NCBI RefSeq assembly: GCF_006345805.1 | Contig: NC_042999.1 | Span: 88,908,001-88,972,000, forward strand | From: Octopus sinensis | Lineage: Eukaryota | Reading direction: 5' to 3' | DNA length: 64,000 nucleotides | Part shown: positions 52,199 to 64,000 of the stretch, in pieces | Position numbering within the stretch: position 1 is the first letter of the stretch | Layout of the letters: each line of letters begins with the position of its first letter | Position numbers and translations under genes: made by a program | The notes under the pieces: generated by a model | Told to the model about the DNA's origin: nothing | Seen by the model: the letters and a program-made list of their open reading frames with translations, nothing else | Databases searched by the model: none

Positions 52199-53509
52199 CA
52201 GTGCAGTGGAGTTCCTGATGTTCTTATACATGTGGCAGATCATGTTGTCATTTGTCCCATAGGAACAAGCCCTCAGGGGTGGGAGGTGTAATTGTAATTT
52301 GGCTGTACCTTCAGAGCTACTCATTTTACCATAGTAAGTGCCATCATATTCAGCATGTGCATGCCTATGGAGCACACACCTATGGAGAGTATTAGAGCAA
52401 ATGCTATCAAAAAATATAACAGGAACTCCCTAGGCACATGCATTTCCAATGCCAGCATTATACCACACCCAACAAGACTGTTACATCAGCTTTTTTCACT
52501 GTGGAAGAGTATGATTGTTTGATCCTACAATTTCTGCTGAAAATACTTTGGTTCCTATATTGCAGGGAAAAGGCCTTCTCCAAGATCTGGAAAAATATTC
52601 TGAGAAGTTGATTTGCACACTACATTAGAAGGTTGGGCTGAAGCATACCACTTGTCTCCTTCTTTGCTCTGTTTAGTCTCTGGGGTAGGTGTTCTGCACA
52701 GGTGGATGAGGAGGCTTCTCCAGTTTCATTCTGGTGTGTTGTTGTATGGTTTGAACTTCCAGGCTTGTCCCGTTTAATCCTGAAGTTGCACTTGTTCCTC
52801 CTAGGTATCCTTTCATTCTTACATTCATAGTAACTGAGGGACCCAAGGGTTGTATATTCCCCCTTGCAGTGCTTAGGTTCTCACCAGAGTGAGATGATGT
52901 TCCCAGTTGGCTCAACAGGGTCCGCCAAGGGTCTTAGAATTACAGCATTGAAACTAGATAAGCATGTGCCTTGGGAATTCCTGCTATATTTTCTGGTAGT
53001 ATCATTCTTTATCTTTTAAAGGTCAGCTTAAGTTAAGTGTCTGTGACAAAATTAACTGTGTCAGTATAGCCAGCTCTACTGAAAGCTTTTTAACATTTTG
53101 CATTACTATTAAAGATACTCTCATTTGTGGAAAGTTTATATGCCAAAATAAAAATATTCCTAACTAGACCATCAGTAACGTATACAGGATGCTTAGGCAA
53201 TCTGTGGACGTAGAAGAACCTCTTGCTAGGTGTATGTTATGGATAGTATGACTTCAGCTCTAAATGTAACATAACATGGAAAAAGTCAGCCCTTTTCCAA
53301 CAGGTTTCGAGAGAGATACAGAGATTGAAGCTCCTGAAGAAAATGTGAAGATATTTTCTCAGCCTTTCTGATTCAAACTGGCAACACTTGGAAATGGTTA
53401 GAAGAGTGACATTCCTATAAAGTTCACTGCCAGGTTTGAAAAGCTCTCCTTCAATTTGTAGGTATATCCAAACCCACAAAGTCCATAACCTGGTCGGAAT
53501 CTGAAGACA

Positions 53510-53625
53510 CATTTTAGTTTTTGTTTACATACCTGAAACAAGACTGGTGATTAGCATATCTCTTTTTGAAGTCACTTCTGTACAGTCCAATATATTTTTT
53601 GTTTCAGTTACCTTCTTTGATGCAA
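53510..53625 (-). pseudogene. short Penelope GIY-YIG fragment
   Basis: KKYIG..DFKKRYANHQSCF. Confidence 0.5.
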
Positions 53626-53649
53626 CATAAAAAGCACCTTTCAAGCGTT

Positions 53650-53885
53650 GGCCCTGACGGAGATCATGACAGATGACCGAGACCTTTGACAATATGCTGT
53701 GCGTGCTTGAGTGAAATCATAATCGTGGCAGATACTGGTGTCACACAACTGGCACGTAAAAGACGCCATTACTCCCTCAGAGTGGTTGGCGTTAGGAAGG
53801 GCATCCAGCTGTAGACACCTGGCCAACTCAGACCGGAGTCTAGTGCAAACCGTCCAACCCATGCTAGCATGGACAAATGATAATG
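53650..53885 (+). mobile_element. RTE 3' end with short UTR
   Basis: gaccgagacctttgacaatatgctgtgcgtg joined to one ggcacgtaaaag anchor and gagtggttggcgttaggaagggcatccagc. Confidence 0.75.
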
Positions 53886-54329
53886 AATCGACAGGCTTCT
53901 TTCCGTTTCCGTCTTCCAAATCCACTCACAAGGCTTAATTCAGCTTGTACATATGACAACAGTAGTCCCTGGGTTCTTGCTAAGGAGAGTGAGCGGCAGG
54001 GAAACCCATGGAAAATGTTACTTATTCACCATTATGAAAGATCATTTGAAATTGGACACGACCCTTGCTATTTGACTTCACTTGTCTGGAACTTAGAACT
54101 TCGATATTAAAAGACTTTCATATATATATAAGTTAGAGACCTACACACACACAAACACAAACACACACGCGCACACATACATACGCACTCGCGCGCTTGC
54201 ACACACACACACACCTTGTCGATTCAGATAATTTTGGAATATTCAAATACTTCTAAGGAAACTAACGACGGTTTTGTATTATATGAGTTATCTCCCTTCT
54301 TTAAATGTCAGTTACGTTTTCTTTTTTCT

Positions 54330-54365
<36 letters not shown>

Positions 54366-55027
54366 CCTTAAAAATGTTTTAGCCCGAGTCTTTCCTGAGT
54401 TAGTAATTCATAAACAGAGCGACACTTTGATACACTCGTTAGAACGTCGAATATAATGCCCTCGCGGATTCGTTTCGGTTTTCTGTGTTCTGAGTTCAAA
54501 TTGTGCAATGTTGTCTTTGTCATTCATTCTTGCACTTTCTTCGAAAACAGAGGTCTCTATTTTGTAAAAAATTACAGTATTCCGGCAGCTTAAGTTCATT
54601 TACTCATACACACATTGTCAGTAAAATAATCCCTAAATACGTTTATGCTATCATCGAATAACACCACTTTAATTATGTGCAGTACTCTGTTAGAGCCTTC
54701 GAATTCGTTCTAAATGTTGGATTTCACTATTACCGAGAAACAATCTTGGCAAAAACACATCCTTGACAAGGAACGCATTTCAACGACTAGCTCTTCTTTT
54801 CAGAACCAGAAGATATTGTATATATTACGACGCTCCGGCGAGTCACACAATCTGATATTGTTCCCACCTTTGGCACAGTTCTGCCGCCGCATAAACAGAT
54901 GTTTGCCACCCGACTTATTAATGTAATGTCACTCACTGACATGCTTCAGACTTTGACTTACATGCATGTTGTCCCTTCCTTCTGCTTTTAATTTCTTCTT
55001 TTTTTACCGCCATTATAATGGCCTTTG

Positions 55028-55260
55028 TGGAGGTGCGTGGCTTAGTGGTTAGGGTGTCGCACTTCTGATAGTATGATTGTGGTTTCGACTCCTGGACTGG
55101 ATGAATTGTGTTCTTGAACAAAACACTTAATTTCATGTTTTCAGTTCACTCAGCTATGGAAAATGAGTATTCCTGTGATGGACCGCAGTCTTGTTCAAAG
55201 GGGAACACATATATCACGGAATTCGAGAAACCGGCCTCATGAACCAATCGATCAAGAAAG
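55028..55260 (+). mobile_element. tRNA-headed SINE, family D-like
   Basis: ggaggtgcgtggcttagtggttaggg..ggtttcgactcctgg. Confidence 0.75.
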
Positions 55261-55374
55261 ACCTTTGATCCTTTTCGATTAAGGCCTTTGCCTCTCAAAT
55301 CTGGATGAACTTACTCTTGCTACCTCCACCCAGGCATTTTTGTCCCATTCGTCTCTTCTTCTCTCCTCATCCAG

Positions 55375-55467
55375 GTTATGCTCAATGCCCCAGATCTCGC
55401 ACTAATCCGAACGACGGCCCTCTCAAATTCCCTCACGGCTCATATCCTACCGGCAGAAACATTAATG
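55375..55467 (+). CDS. candidate 93-nt symmetric exon, product unknown
   Basis: Long pyrimidine tract ..ctcttcttctctcctcatccag, ATG|GTATGA donor, two open frames. Confidence 0.25.
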
Positions 55468-55769
55468 GTATGAATCATACCGGTCTAAGAAGGCCTACAA
55501 CGACCATGAGCAGTTGTTTTTCACTAGATCCAGAAAGTGAAAATAAAATAAATTTGATTAAAATGTTATGACAATATGAAATGAATTCATAAAATCAGAT
55601 ATTTTGATATGGACGATGGATTTGTTAAATGATAAGGTGTTCAGGTCAAATTTGACTAATTTTTATGTCCCTTCCTTTGAGGAACACCTTGATGAATTGG
55701 TGAACAGTCAATGGCGTTGGTGAGCATAAAGATTAGAATTGTAATTGAGAGACAGTTAGTTGACATGGA

Positions 55770-56090
55770 GGACTGGAAGCCACCTGAAGATGGGAAAAGA
55801 GTTACCTGTATCATGATGATTCGCGCCAGATATCAAAATGGCGACATCGGGACTGCAGCTCAATGGTCTGTGAACACTGTAAAGGCTTTCACTACAATCC
55901 ATGTAATGTCCCAAATATCAGGAAAACCAAGTTCCCCCAAACTGTGAAGGTCTTTAGGTGTGCCTCCAATGAAGGTGATGTCATACCACCCTACATCTTT
56001 GAACAGGGACTTAGGCTCAATTCAAACGGCTAAGTGAAGCTGCTGGAGAATATAGTGAAGTTCTGGCTGAAAAGGACTGCTGATAGAGTG
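55770..56090 (+). pseudogene. internally deleted Tc1/mariner (maT-like) transposase relic
   Basis: MMIRARYQN..AAQWSVNTVK joined to RKTKFPQTVKVFRCASNEGDVIPPYIFEQGLRLNSNG. Confidence 0.7.
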
Positions 56091-56925
56091 TTTCTTTATA
56101 GCCAGATTGTTTCCTTGTAGTAATATAGATTTGCCGTTTGCTGAATTGATTAACCCCCTATATCAGTATATAGGAATATTATTTTTAAATAGAAAAATTG
56201 TTCATGGTAGATAACTTTTAAGAAGAGTTGTCTCCCTTAACATTACAAACTCGTTTCCATAAATCACAGACGTTAAATGTATAAATATATTTTGTCACAA
56301 ACTACTTTTATTGACAAAATTCAAATACATTGAATTTTTATTCTGACAAGGCTAGATTCTTTGGAGTGGATAACTAAGTCAGCTTCCTGACAGTATAAGT
56401 AAAAGTATTATACAAATTTTACGTAATGCAGAAGGCTGTTTTTGCTTGGTGTGTATATTAGAAATTTCCCAGTCACTGACACAACTATATCATTTATATA
56501 CAACTGCTTTTTGTTTGTTTTTTTTCTTTTCCGTTATTTGCTATTTTTAATAGTGATGAGATTCTGGTTAATACTTCTATCAACACCTATCAGCGTTAGG
56601 TTATAGCTGGATCGGGTTCAGGATTAAGGATATTAGTTACATCAATGAATTCGAATTTCCGATTTATTGGTGTCAATTGGGAGAACATTCTCCTTCGTGA
56701 TCGTTTTATTAACAGAAACTTAACAAAAGAATTCGAAGAATACTATTTGAAAAATAGTAAGGTTCAAGACTTTTAGAATAGTTGTTGGTCAACGTCTAAC
56801 CTAGGAAAATGGCGAATGAATGAGGCAAGAGATGAAGAAAACGTAAGATTTCTTATTCTGAAATAAACTGAAACCTTCAACACAATTCAATTATAAATAA
56901 CACCTGTTTCAAAATAGCACTGCTT

Positions 56926-56969
<44 letters not shown>

Positions 56970-56999
56970 TTGGGGGGATAATATCGTCAGAGGGCTAAG

Positions 57000-58400
57000 A
57001 AGCTGGGTATGGGTTAATCTCGTATGGATTAGACTGTGAAAGTGTAAGAGCCATGCGTATCCAAACAAACTATTAATATTGCAGCTATTTTGTGTCTGTT
57101 CCGTATGCTTATCCAGTCTGTGTGGGAGAAATAGCATTCTTAATTTCTTAGGATTTTCTTGGTGTTTTAAGGAGCCACTGAATGTTGTGCGCGTAAATTG
57201 ATAGAGAGGAATGTAGTTGAAAGTTTTGTTGATGTCGATGGTAGAATAAAATGGTGTCTGTAATTTTATTGTTGTGTCTGTCTGCATAAGAAATGTATGT
57301 TTTGATTTGGAGTTAAAATGTCTGATGGTATGCATAGCTAGTTGATAGGTTTGTATGATGTGACTTGACTTGGGTTGTGGTTGTACTTGAGAATTATTAC
57401 AACTTTGCACAACTTTCAGGTTTTGGGTCATATTGACCATATTGGTATGTGTAGTTGTTGCTGTGTGGCCCAAGGTCAGCTCTGATTGAACAGTCCAATT
57501 ATGCCATGTCTACGCTAAGCTGAGAATCACACTGCACAATACGGCATACAATGATAAATAAAACGGAAAGCGGTGTGACAGTCTGAAATTGTATTTGCTT
57601 CAACATCCAGTATATTAGTGTGCACCTGAAAGTTGTGTTCACAGCGGAAATGGGAAGATGGATTCGGTCAGAACGTTTCTATTGCTGTCCATCTACAACA
57701 TTACTAGTAGTGTAATCCTAGTTACTGTATGTAGGGCCAATGAGATTCCAAATTCTATAACTAGTATGTATACCACCAACAATATTGTAAATGGACACTG
57801 TAACTTGGATGCACACAACCAGTTGTTGCAATTATTTCTATGTATTTGCGTTTTTTATTATTGTGAAAGCTGACCGAGAAAGTCGATTTTTTTAGAATGC
57901 TGCAGTAATGTTTATGCCAAAGTGTTTGGTGGCGGTTTTTCCTGTAACGGGGGACCACAAAGATTGAAGCTTGCAATGACAACAAGCTGTGTACACTGAA
58001 TATCCAGGTGATCTTTCATTGCTGGTATTTTTGTTTCGTTGAGTAGGTGGTCTTGTTATGTAACATAATGTGACTGTTATCTCTGCTATGATGCATGGTT
58101 TGCTGTTTTGTGGTATTTGTAATTTATAGCGGAGAGTTTAGGGTTTGGATAGGACTCACATAGTTCACGTTAGATCTATATTTGTACACTAATGATGCTC
58201 TTTCTCTCTGTTGGCCAATTGTGGTGCACGTGGTTACCCCAAGTAGGGCTGTGCGTTGTTTTACTTTCACCCCTTTTCTGTGTTGTAACTGTTGAGTTGT
58301 ATGTAGTTCTTGGAATTTATGTCTTTCGTGGTGTGCGCGCGTGGTTGTACATCTATGCTGTTGGATGTGAGGCTTAGTTATCCTCAAACGTTGGGAAAAC
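57000..58400 (-). pseudogene. heavily decayed LINE (RT-like segment)
   Basis: IKLQTP..STIDINKTFNYIP resembles the RT motif AIDISKAFDTVP; boundaries and clade uncertain. Confidence 0.4.
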
Positions 58401-58559
58401 AGTGAATTTACAGATGCTACTTTAAATATGTTGTGAAGCGTTGTTTCTTCGTGATTCAGTTAGGGGTCAGGCCTGGAAGCCAGACAAGTAGTTTTCTATC
58501 AGCGTATTCTATTGTTTCTTAAGCTAATGCGGAATACTTTTTGTATACGTAGTTAAGAA

Positions 58560-59215
58560 CATCCCAGTTTCCAACTTAACTGGTTTTTGAGTTCTGATCC
58601 TGTTTCATGAGAAATCACTTTGAAGGCAATCTTTGATTGGAATTATGGTGGTCCGTACTGCAGTTTTCCCCCTCTCATCTCTCATGTAATATCTACATCA
58701 CCTCTGAACGCTGACTGATCATTATGTAGTCTAGGAGATGTCAGTATTTTCAGCAAAGATACAGCAAATCCAAGTTACTTTATATTTTTATTCTACTTAA
58801 AGACGGTGCGGATGACGATGAAGCAATGCTCAAAATACAAAGTGAGATCTTTCCCATTTGTGACTCTTCTTCCAACGGTATCAGGCTGCTTTTCAGTGTC
58901 TTGCTATACGCAGACATTGAAATCGCCCAGTATTAGCCTGTATTTCTGGGGTACACTGCATATGATCGTTTACTGTGAATCTTTTGCATCTGTAGGTGCG
59001 TAAATATTGATCAGGATAGCATAGTAATCTTTGCGACGAGATTTTTCAAACACATGGTCTGTTTACTAACAGCAGTTGGTTCCTGATCTAATTTAGCCGC
59101 AATGCTGCTCATTATGGTAAAGCCTTTATCGGACATCTGTCTCTGCTCTACTTGTTTCCCAGTCGAAAAGAATGTATACTCCATATCCTTGATATTATCA
59201 TGTTATAACAATCTT
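58560..59215 (-). pseudogene. RTE (Bov-B-like) APE endonuclease fragment
   Basis: My translation: MEYTFFSTGK..GFTI..KL.QEP..; AILINIYAPTDAK; RLILGDFN; VTNGKDL. Confidence 0.75.
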
Positions 59216-59227
59216 ATCTCACAAAGG

Positions 59228-59365
<138 letters not shown>

Positions 59366-60657
59366 GCGTAATCTTTGACATACCAGTCGACGATCGATGT
59401 AGTAGTTGACATTATTTCAGAGAGCTCCTTGCAAAAGATTTAAGTGCTAAAAGCTTCCACAATTGCAGTAGCATCTGAGATGAGCTGCATTTGCATTGAA
59501 AAAAAAGAAAAAAAAACACAGCCTAAAATTATTGACAGTTCATTGTTTTAATAATGAGAAGACTTCGGCTGGCAGTTCTTTATTAACCAGCTGTCACAGC
59601 ATTATTGTTCTTGCTGTTGCTTTTGTCTTTTGTTTGAGAATTGAAATCTTAACTATTCTATCGATTTGGTGTTCTTTTGAGTGAAGAAAATTCCCCAAAA
59701 GGGTATTAACTGATTTCTTGTTGTATACAGTAGAAATAGAGATAGACCTGGGCTCCGTATGAAAAATATGGAAAATGTACAATGCACTCTCGTTCATATT
59801 CACCCTATCATAACGCGATTTTTAAGTAAAGCGACTAAACTAAGACTGTGGACTTAGCGCACCACTGAGAAGTAAACAAAACCTGCTGATAACTTAACCG
59901 AATGTCCGACACCTTGCCCTCATAGCCTGCTATAAGCTTCAGTTCATGAATATTATGTGAAGTATTTCAATAAGACTAAGGACAAGAGATAAATTCTTTG
60001 AAAGTTGCAGATATAGAAATTTGAACCAAGTGTTTTAGATATTGAGGTTTTACTGTCGCGACTTTTGTTAGTTTGCAAACGGTGTCATATGTTTGTTTGA
60101 TGAAATATGGTAATAATGAATAACATAGAACAAGGTTTGTGGTTTTGTTCTAGTTATTTCTAACAAGTCATATCCAAACTCTCAAAATTTCAAAATAGAT
60201 ATTAATAACTGCACTTGAGATACTTTAGAGAATACTGACGACTGATAATACCCAAACACAAGAACGTGAATAAATATAACCAAAATCGTAGACATTAAGA
60301 GTGGGGGAACAAATAAAGAGCAGACAAGAAATACACTAAAATAATTATATGAATCCGATATTTATTATATTTTGTTCGTTACTGTTTATCTTTTCATTGA
60401 AGCAATGAGAGAAGAGCACATGTAATTGTTGTTTATGTACATACACAAGAAAATGTCGAAACAGCAACCAGCCATTGAGACTCTATACAGAACAAAGAAC
60501 CTTTTCGTTCAAATCAACAAGTGCTGAATTTGAACAGTTCGCATCACTCTGCATAACCTTAACGCCCTCCGTAAACTTCATAAAGCCCTTCAATTACCTA
60601 GTTCTGGACAATTGACAAAGCCATTATCACAATTCAGTTTCTAATGTAATCAAACAG

Positions 60658-60659
<2 letters not shown>

Positions 60660-60745
<86 letters not shown>
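60660..60745. repeat. (CT)n microsatellite
   Basis: Direct reading. Confidence 0.95.
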
Positions 60746-61481
60746 CCCGTCTTTTTGCTTCTCCGAATCGGCGCAGCACAAGTCAATGAATATATCCAGA
60801 TTTATAAAGTTCCATCCCTCTCTGAATGGCGCCAATCTGTTCTTTGAAAGTCTTCTATCAATCGTTTCGCTACTAAGGTCATTACGTGTATCACACTCAC
60901 GTTAATTGCTGGCTTTGTAGGAATTTCTCTATTCTTAAGAGCTGCACCAGTGATTGCCAGAATTAAGTGCGCTGACATTCCTCCTACCCTGAATTTTAAA
61001 ATTTCAACGTCTCTTTGTTTGCTTCTTTCTTTCTTTCTTTCTTTTTCTTTCTTTTTTTCTTTCAATTCATTTCATTGATAAAGATTTTTTCTACTTATCT
61101 CAATATTTCGCACGATTTGTGCCTTTTTACGCAGACATTCCTTTACTCACAGTCCGTGTGTGTGTGTGTGTACGTTAACTTCTTTAATGGTAAGTTAACA
61201 CTGGGAAGTAAAGTTAGTTTTAGAAAGTATACCGCTCTCCAAACATCTAATATTTCAAAGATCAAACAAACCGGAAGAGAAAAATTATTTGTGCTGCTCT
61301 TAGGCTATTTTTCTACTGCCACTAGTGTTCCAAGTAATCCAAATGGATGAAGCCGGAATCTGGTACCAAGTGGCTGAGTCAAAAGATTACTTGATCTTTG
61401 TAGGCCTTCCCAAACTGATAAAATCGTTTCAGACGATATCTGTTTTGAATATCTACACAGACGAGAAGAGAAGTGATTTAT

Positions 61482-62644
61482 TTATTCAAAGTATGAGCCA
61501 TGGTCATTTATGACATTTACCCAACGTTTTTCTATGTCATATATTCCATCTTTGAAAAAAATAAATTCATCTTTTGCTGTGATAAACTGTCCGAATGCTT
61601 CATTTACCTCTTCTTTATTTAAGAATGTTTTATTGCGTATGAGAAGCTCAAAATGCTTAAATAAGTGATGATCAGTAGGAGAGATATCAGGGGAATAGGG
61701 AGGATGTTGCAAAATCTCATAATTCGGGCTTTGCATCTTTGGGATCATAGCTTGAGGAGTGTGGGGATGTGCATTGTCGTGGAGCAAAATTGGGCCATCT
61801 CTATTCACTAGTCTGGGTTGCTTCTTTTCCAGATTCTTATGCATACAATAAATTTCCTGGAAATACGATGTTGCTGTTACCGTTTTTCCTTGTTGCAAAA
61901 ATGAATAATGAATAACTCGCTTCGTAGACTCCCATACAGTGACCACTAACTTTTTAGGGTACAATAGTGGGTTTGGGTAGTGTTTAGGTGACTTTCCTGT
62001 ATCTAATCGCTGTCCTGTTCTCCTACTGTTGTCAAAGAGTATTCATTTCTCATCACAAGTAATGGTTTGATGCAAAAGCGGTCTTTTTCCAGTTGAGAAA
62101 GCAATAAAGAGCACACTTCAAGGCGTCTGTTTTTTCTTTTTTTTAATCTCGTTCAGTTGATGTGGAACAAGCCTATCTGTTTTCTTCACTTTTCCAATTT
62201 TTTGCAGGTGTCCAAAAACAGTTGTGCGAGATGTTAGGAGTTCTGATGAAAGTTTTCGAACCTTTGTTCTCGTATTTTGTTCAACCAAAGCATTTAATCC
62301 ATCATGCTGAATAACTGATTTTGGCCTACCCCTTGGTTTATTTTCAAGGCTATCATCTCCTGAACGAGAGTTTTCGAATGTGTCAACAAAAGCATTCCCA
62401 AAGACCCGCTTGATATTCCATAGAGCTTCTGCGGCAGAGTGACCTAGTTTGTACTCATAAGAGAAAATCACTCGACATAGTTTGGCTGTTATCATTTTCA
62501 TAAAGTCTGTGGATATGAATTTTGTATACCAATATCGTTGGGAAAGAAAAAGAGTCAAGATTAGATGCAAGATATACATCATTGAGTTTTTAAATGACTG
62601 AAATAACAAGTAATTAAAAATGCGACATTTCATGCGAAACAACC

Positions 62645-62650
<6 letters not shown>
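61482..62650 (-). mobile_element. near full-length decayed mariner (DD34D); 5' TIR present, 3' TIR not seen
   Basis: YEYKLGHSAAEA..GRP..LVPHQL; TITCDEK*ILFDN; LLHDNAHPH; HPPYSPDISPTDHHLF; RWVNVIND.GSYFE; ttaggttgtttcgcatgaaatgtcgc abutting (TA)n. Confidence 0.9.
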
Positions 62651-62711
<61 letters not shown>

Positions 62712-62976
62712 ATATATATATATCGTTGCTATTATGCCAAAGTATCGTAAGTCAAAAACGTTGCTTTTACAGAAAACGAAAGAATAGTTTTACCATTCCG
62801 TAGCAAAATCGTTGTTCCACACTATGAGAATTTTCATATCTTGGCATTTAAAGCAGCTGGAGATACGATAAGCAAAAATAAATATCGAAAAAAACAACGC
62901 ATTTGGTCAAATTTGGACATACAACAGTTTAACATAATAACAATGATAATATATATATATATATAATATAATATCT

Positions 62977-63270
62977 GGAGGCACATGGCCTAGTAGTTAG
63001 AGCAGTGAACTCGTGGTCGAGGGATCCTGGGTTCGAATCTCAGACCGGGCGATGCGAAACACCTAAACTCCACGGGGCTCCGGCAGAAGCTAATGGCGAA
63101 CTTCTTACTGACTCTTCCGCCACAACTTTCTCTCACTCTTTCCTCCTGCATCTAGCAGCTCACCTGCGACAGGCTGGCGTCCCGTCCAGGTGGGGAACCT
63201 ATACGCCAATGAAACTGGGTAACAGGCCCTTATGAACTAGACATGGCTCAAGAAGGAACAGCAACAACAA
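62977..63270 (+). mobile_element. tRNA-headed SINE family D (V-domain-like)
   Basis: ggaggcacatggcctagtagttagagc..gggttcgaatctc; ggctggcgtcccgtccagg; (AAC)n tail. Confidence 0.8.
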
Positions 63271-63278
63271 TATATAAC

Positions 63279-63312
<34 letters not shown>

Positions 63313-63320
63313 ATACATAC

Positions 63321-63375
<55 letters not shown>

Positions 63376-63424
63376 TGTATGTACATATGTGTTTATATGT
63401 GTGTGTGTGTGTGCGTGCGCGCGC

Positions 63425-63635
63425 GCGTGTATGTTCTTCACTGCTGCTTGACAACTGCCGTTGGTATGTTTACGCCCCCATAATTTAGCGGCTCCGCCAA
63501 AGAGACCCTTATAACAAGTACCATGCTTAAACAATAAGTACTGGGGTCAATTCGTTCAGTTTAACTCTTCAAGTCGGTGCCCCAGCATGGCCACGATCCA
63601 ATGACTGAAAGAAGTAAAAGATAAAAGATAAAAGT
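63425..63635 (+). mobile_element. SINE family A 3' half
   Basis: gcttgacaac..tgtttacgccccc..ccagcatggccacg..gactgaaagaagtaaaagataaaa. Confidence 0.75.
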
Positions 63636-64000
63636 GTAGTATTAGAATGGCTAGAGAATGAATTCCTGAGAGAAAAATCTATGGGAAGGAGATGGGGGGG
63701 GGGATATTAGTGCTAGACCGTGACGGAGGATGTGATACAAAACAAACATAGAGGAAATAGGGTTGCGCTTTGATAGTCCAGACAAATAGAATCATTGCAA
63801 TAGTGATATAGGTGGCAAAGAAATGGACCAGTGCATTGTAAGTTAGTGGCTGAAATGTGTTATATGCATACATACATACATACGCATGTATAGCCACTCA
63901 CATATCTTAACGTATACGTATATGCATACGTATAAATATGTATGTGTGTGTAAGTGTGTGAGTATGTGTGTGTGTGTGTGTCTGTGCATGTGTTTGTTTA

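Noticed and set aside
53285-53410. LRR-like motif LQSLYLSRNLL on the minus strand
   Set aside because: Single motif in a frame interrupted by stops, with no flanking LRRs; likely chance.
58803-58841. Attractive plus-strand 39-nt exon (DGADDDEAMLKIQ) with AG/GTGAG sites
   Set aside because: It lies antisense within the RTE endonuclease relic (YAPT, LGDFN on the minus strand).
62977-63050. tRNA genes (also 33293, 55028, 3310-3380)
   Set aside because: A/B-box heads continue into SINE bodies and lack a complete cloverleaf.

Overview
AT-rich eukaryotic genomic DNA, most likely Octopus (a coleoid cephalopod). This is inferred from the SINE/LINE repertoire and the extreme (TA)n/(TG)n/(CAT)n microsatellite load, not from a search. 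The window is dominated by repeats. It holds at least four tRNA-headed SINE families, RTE LINEs (a young family with a PHD finger inside its RT, plus Bov-B-like fragments), a CR1 3' half, Tx1/L1-like relics and several Penelope-like (GIY-YIG) relics. DNA elements include two mariners, a maT/Tc1 fragment, MITEs and a non-autonomous Helitron. Most ORFs in the supplied track are microsatellite translations, and every ORF with a recognisable domain is transposon-derived. I could not confidently identify any host protein-coding gene; only low-confidence promoter-like sites (~21.8, ~28.9 kb) and exon-like units are visible. The best observations are the C4HC3 PHD finger inserted between RT motifs of an RTE LINE, a Penelope copy ending in a ~110-bp-arm fold-back, a Helitron inserted exactly within a MITE target-site duplication, and variable ~62-bp tandem modules in the RTE 3' UTR. 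Ends of degraded repeats are approximate (tens of bp).
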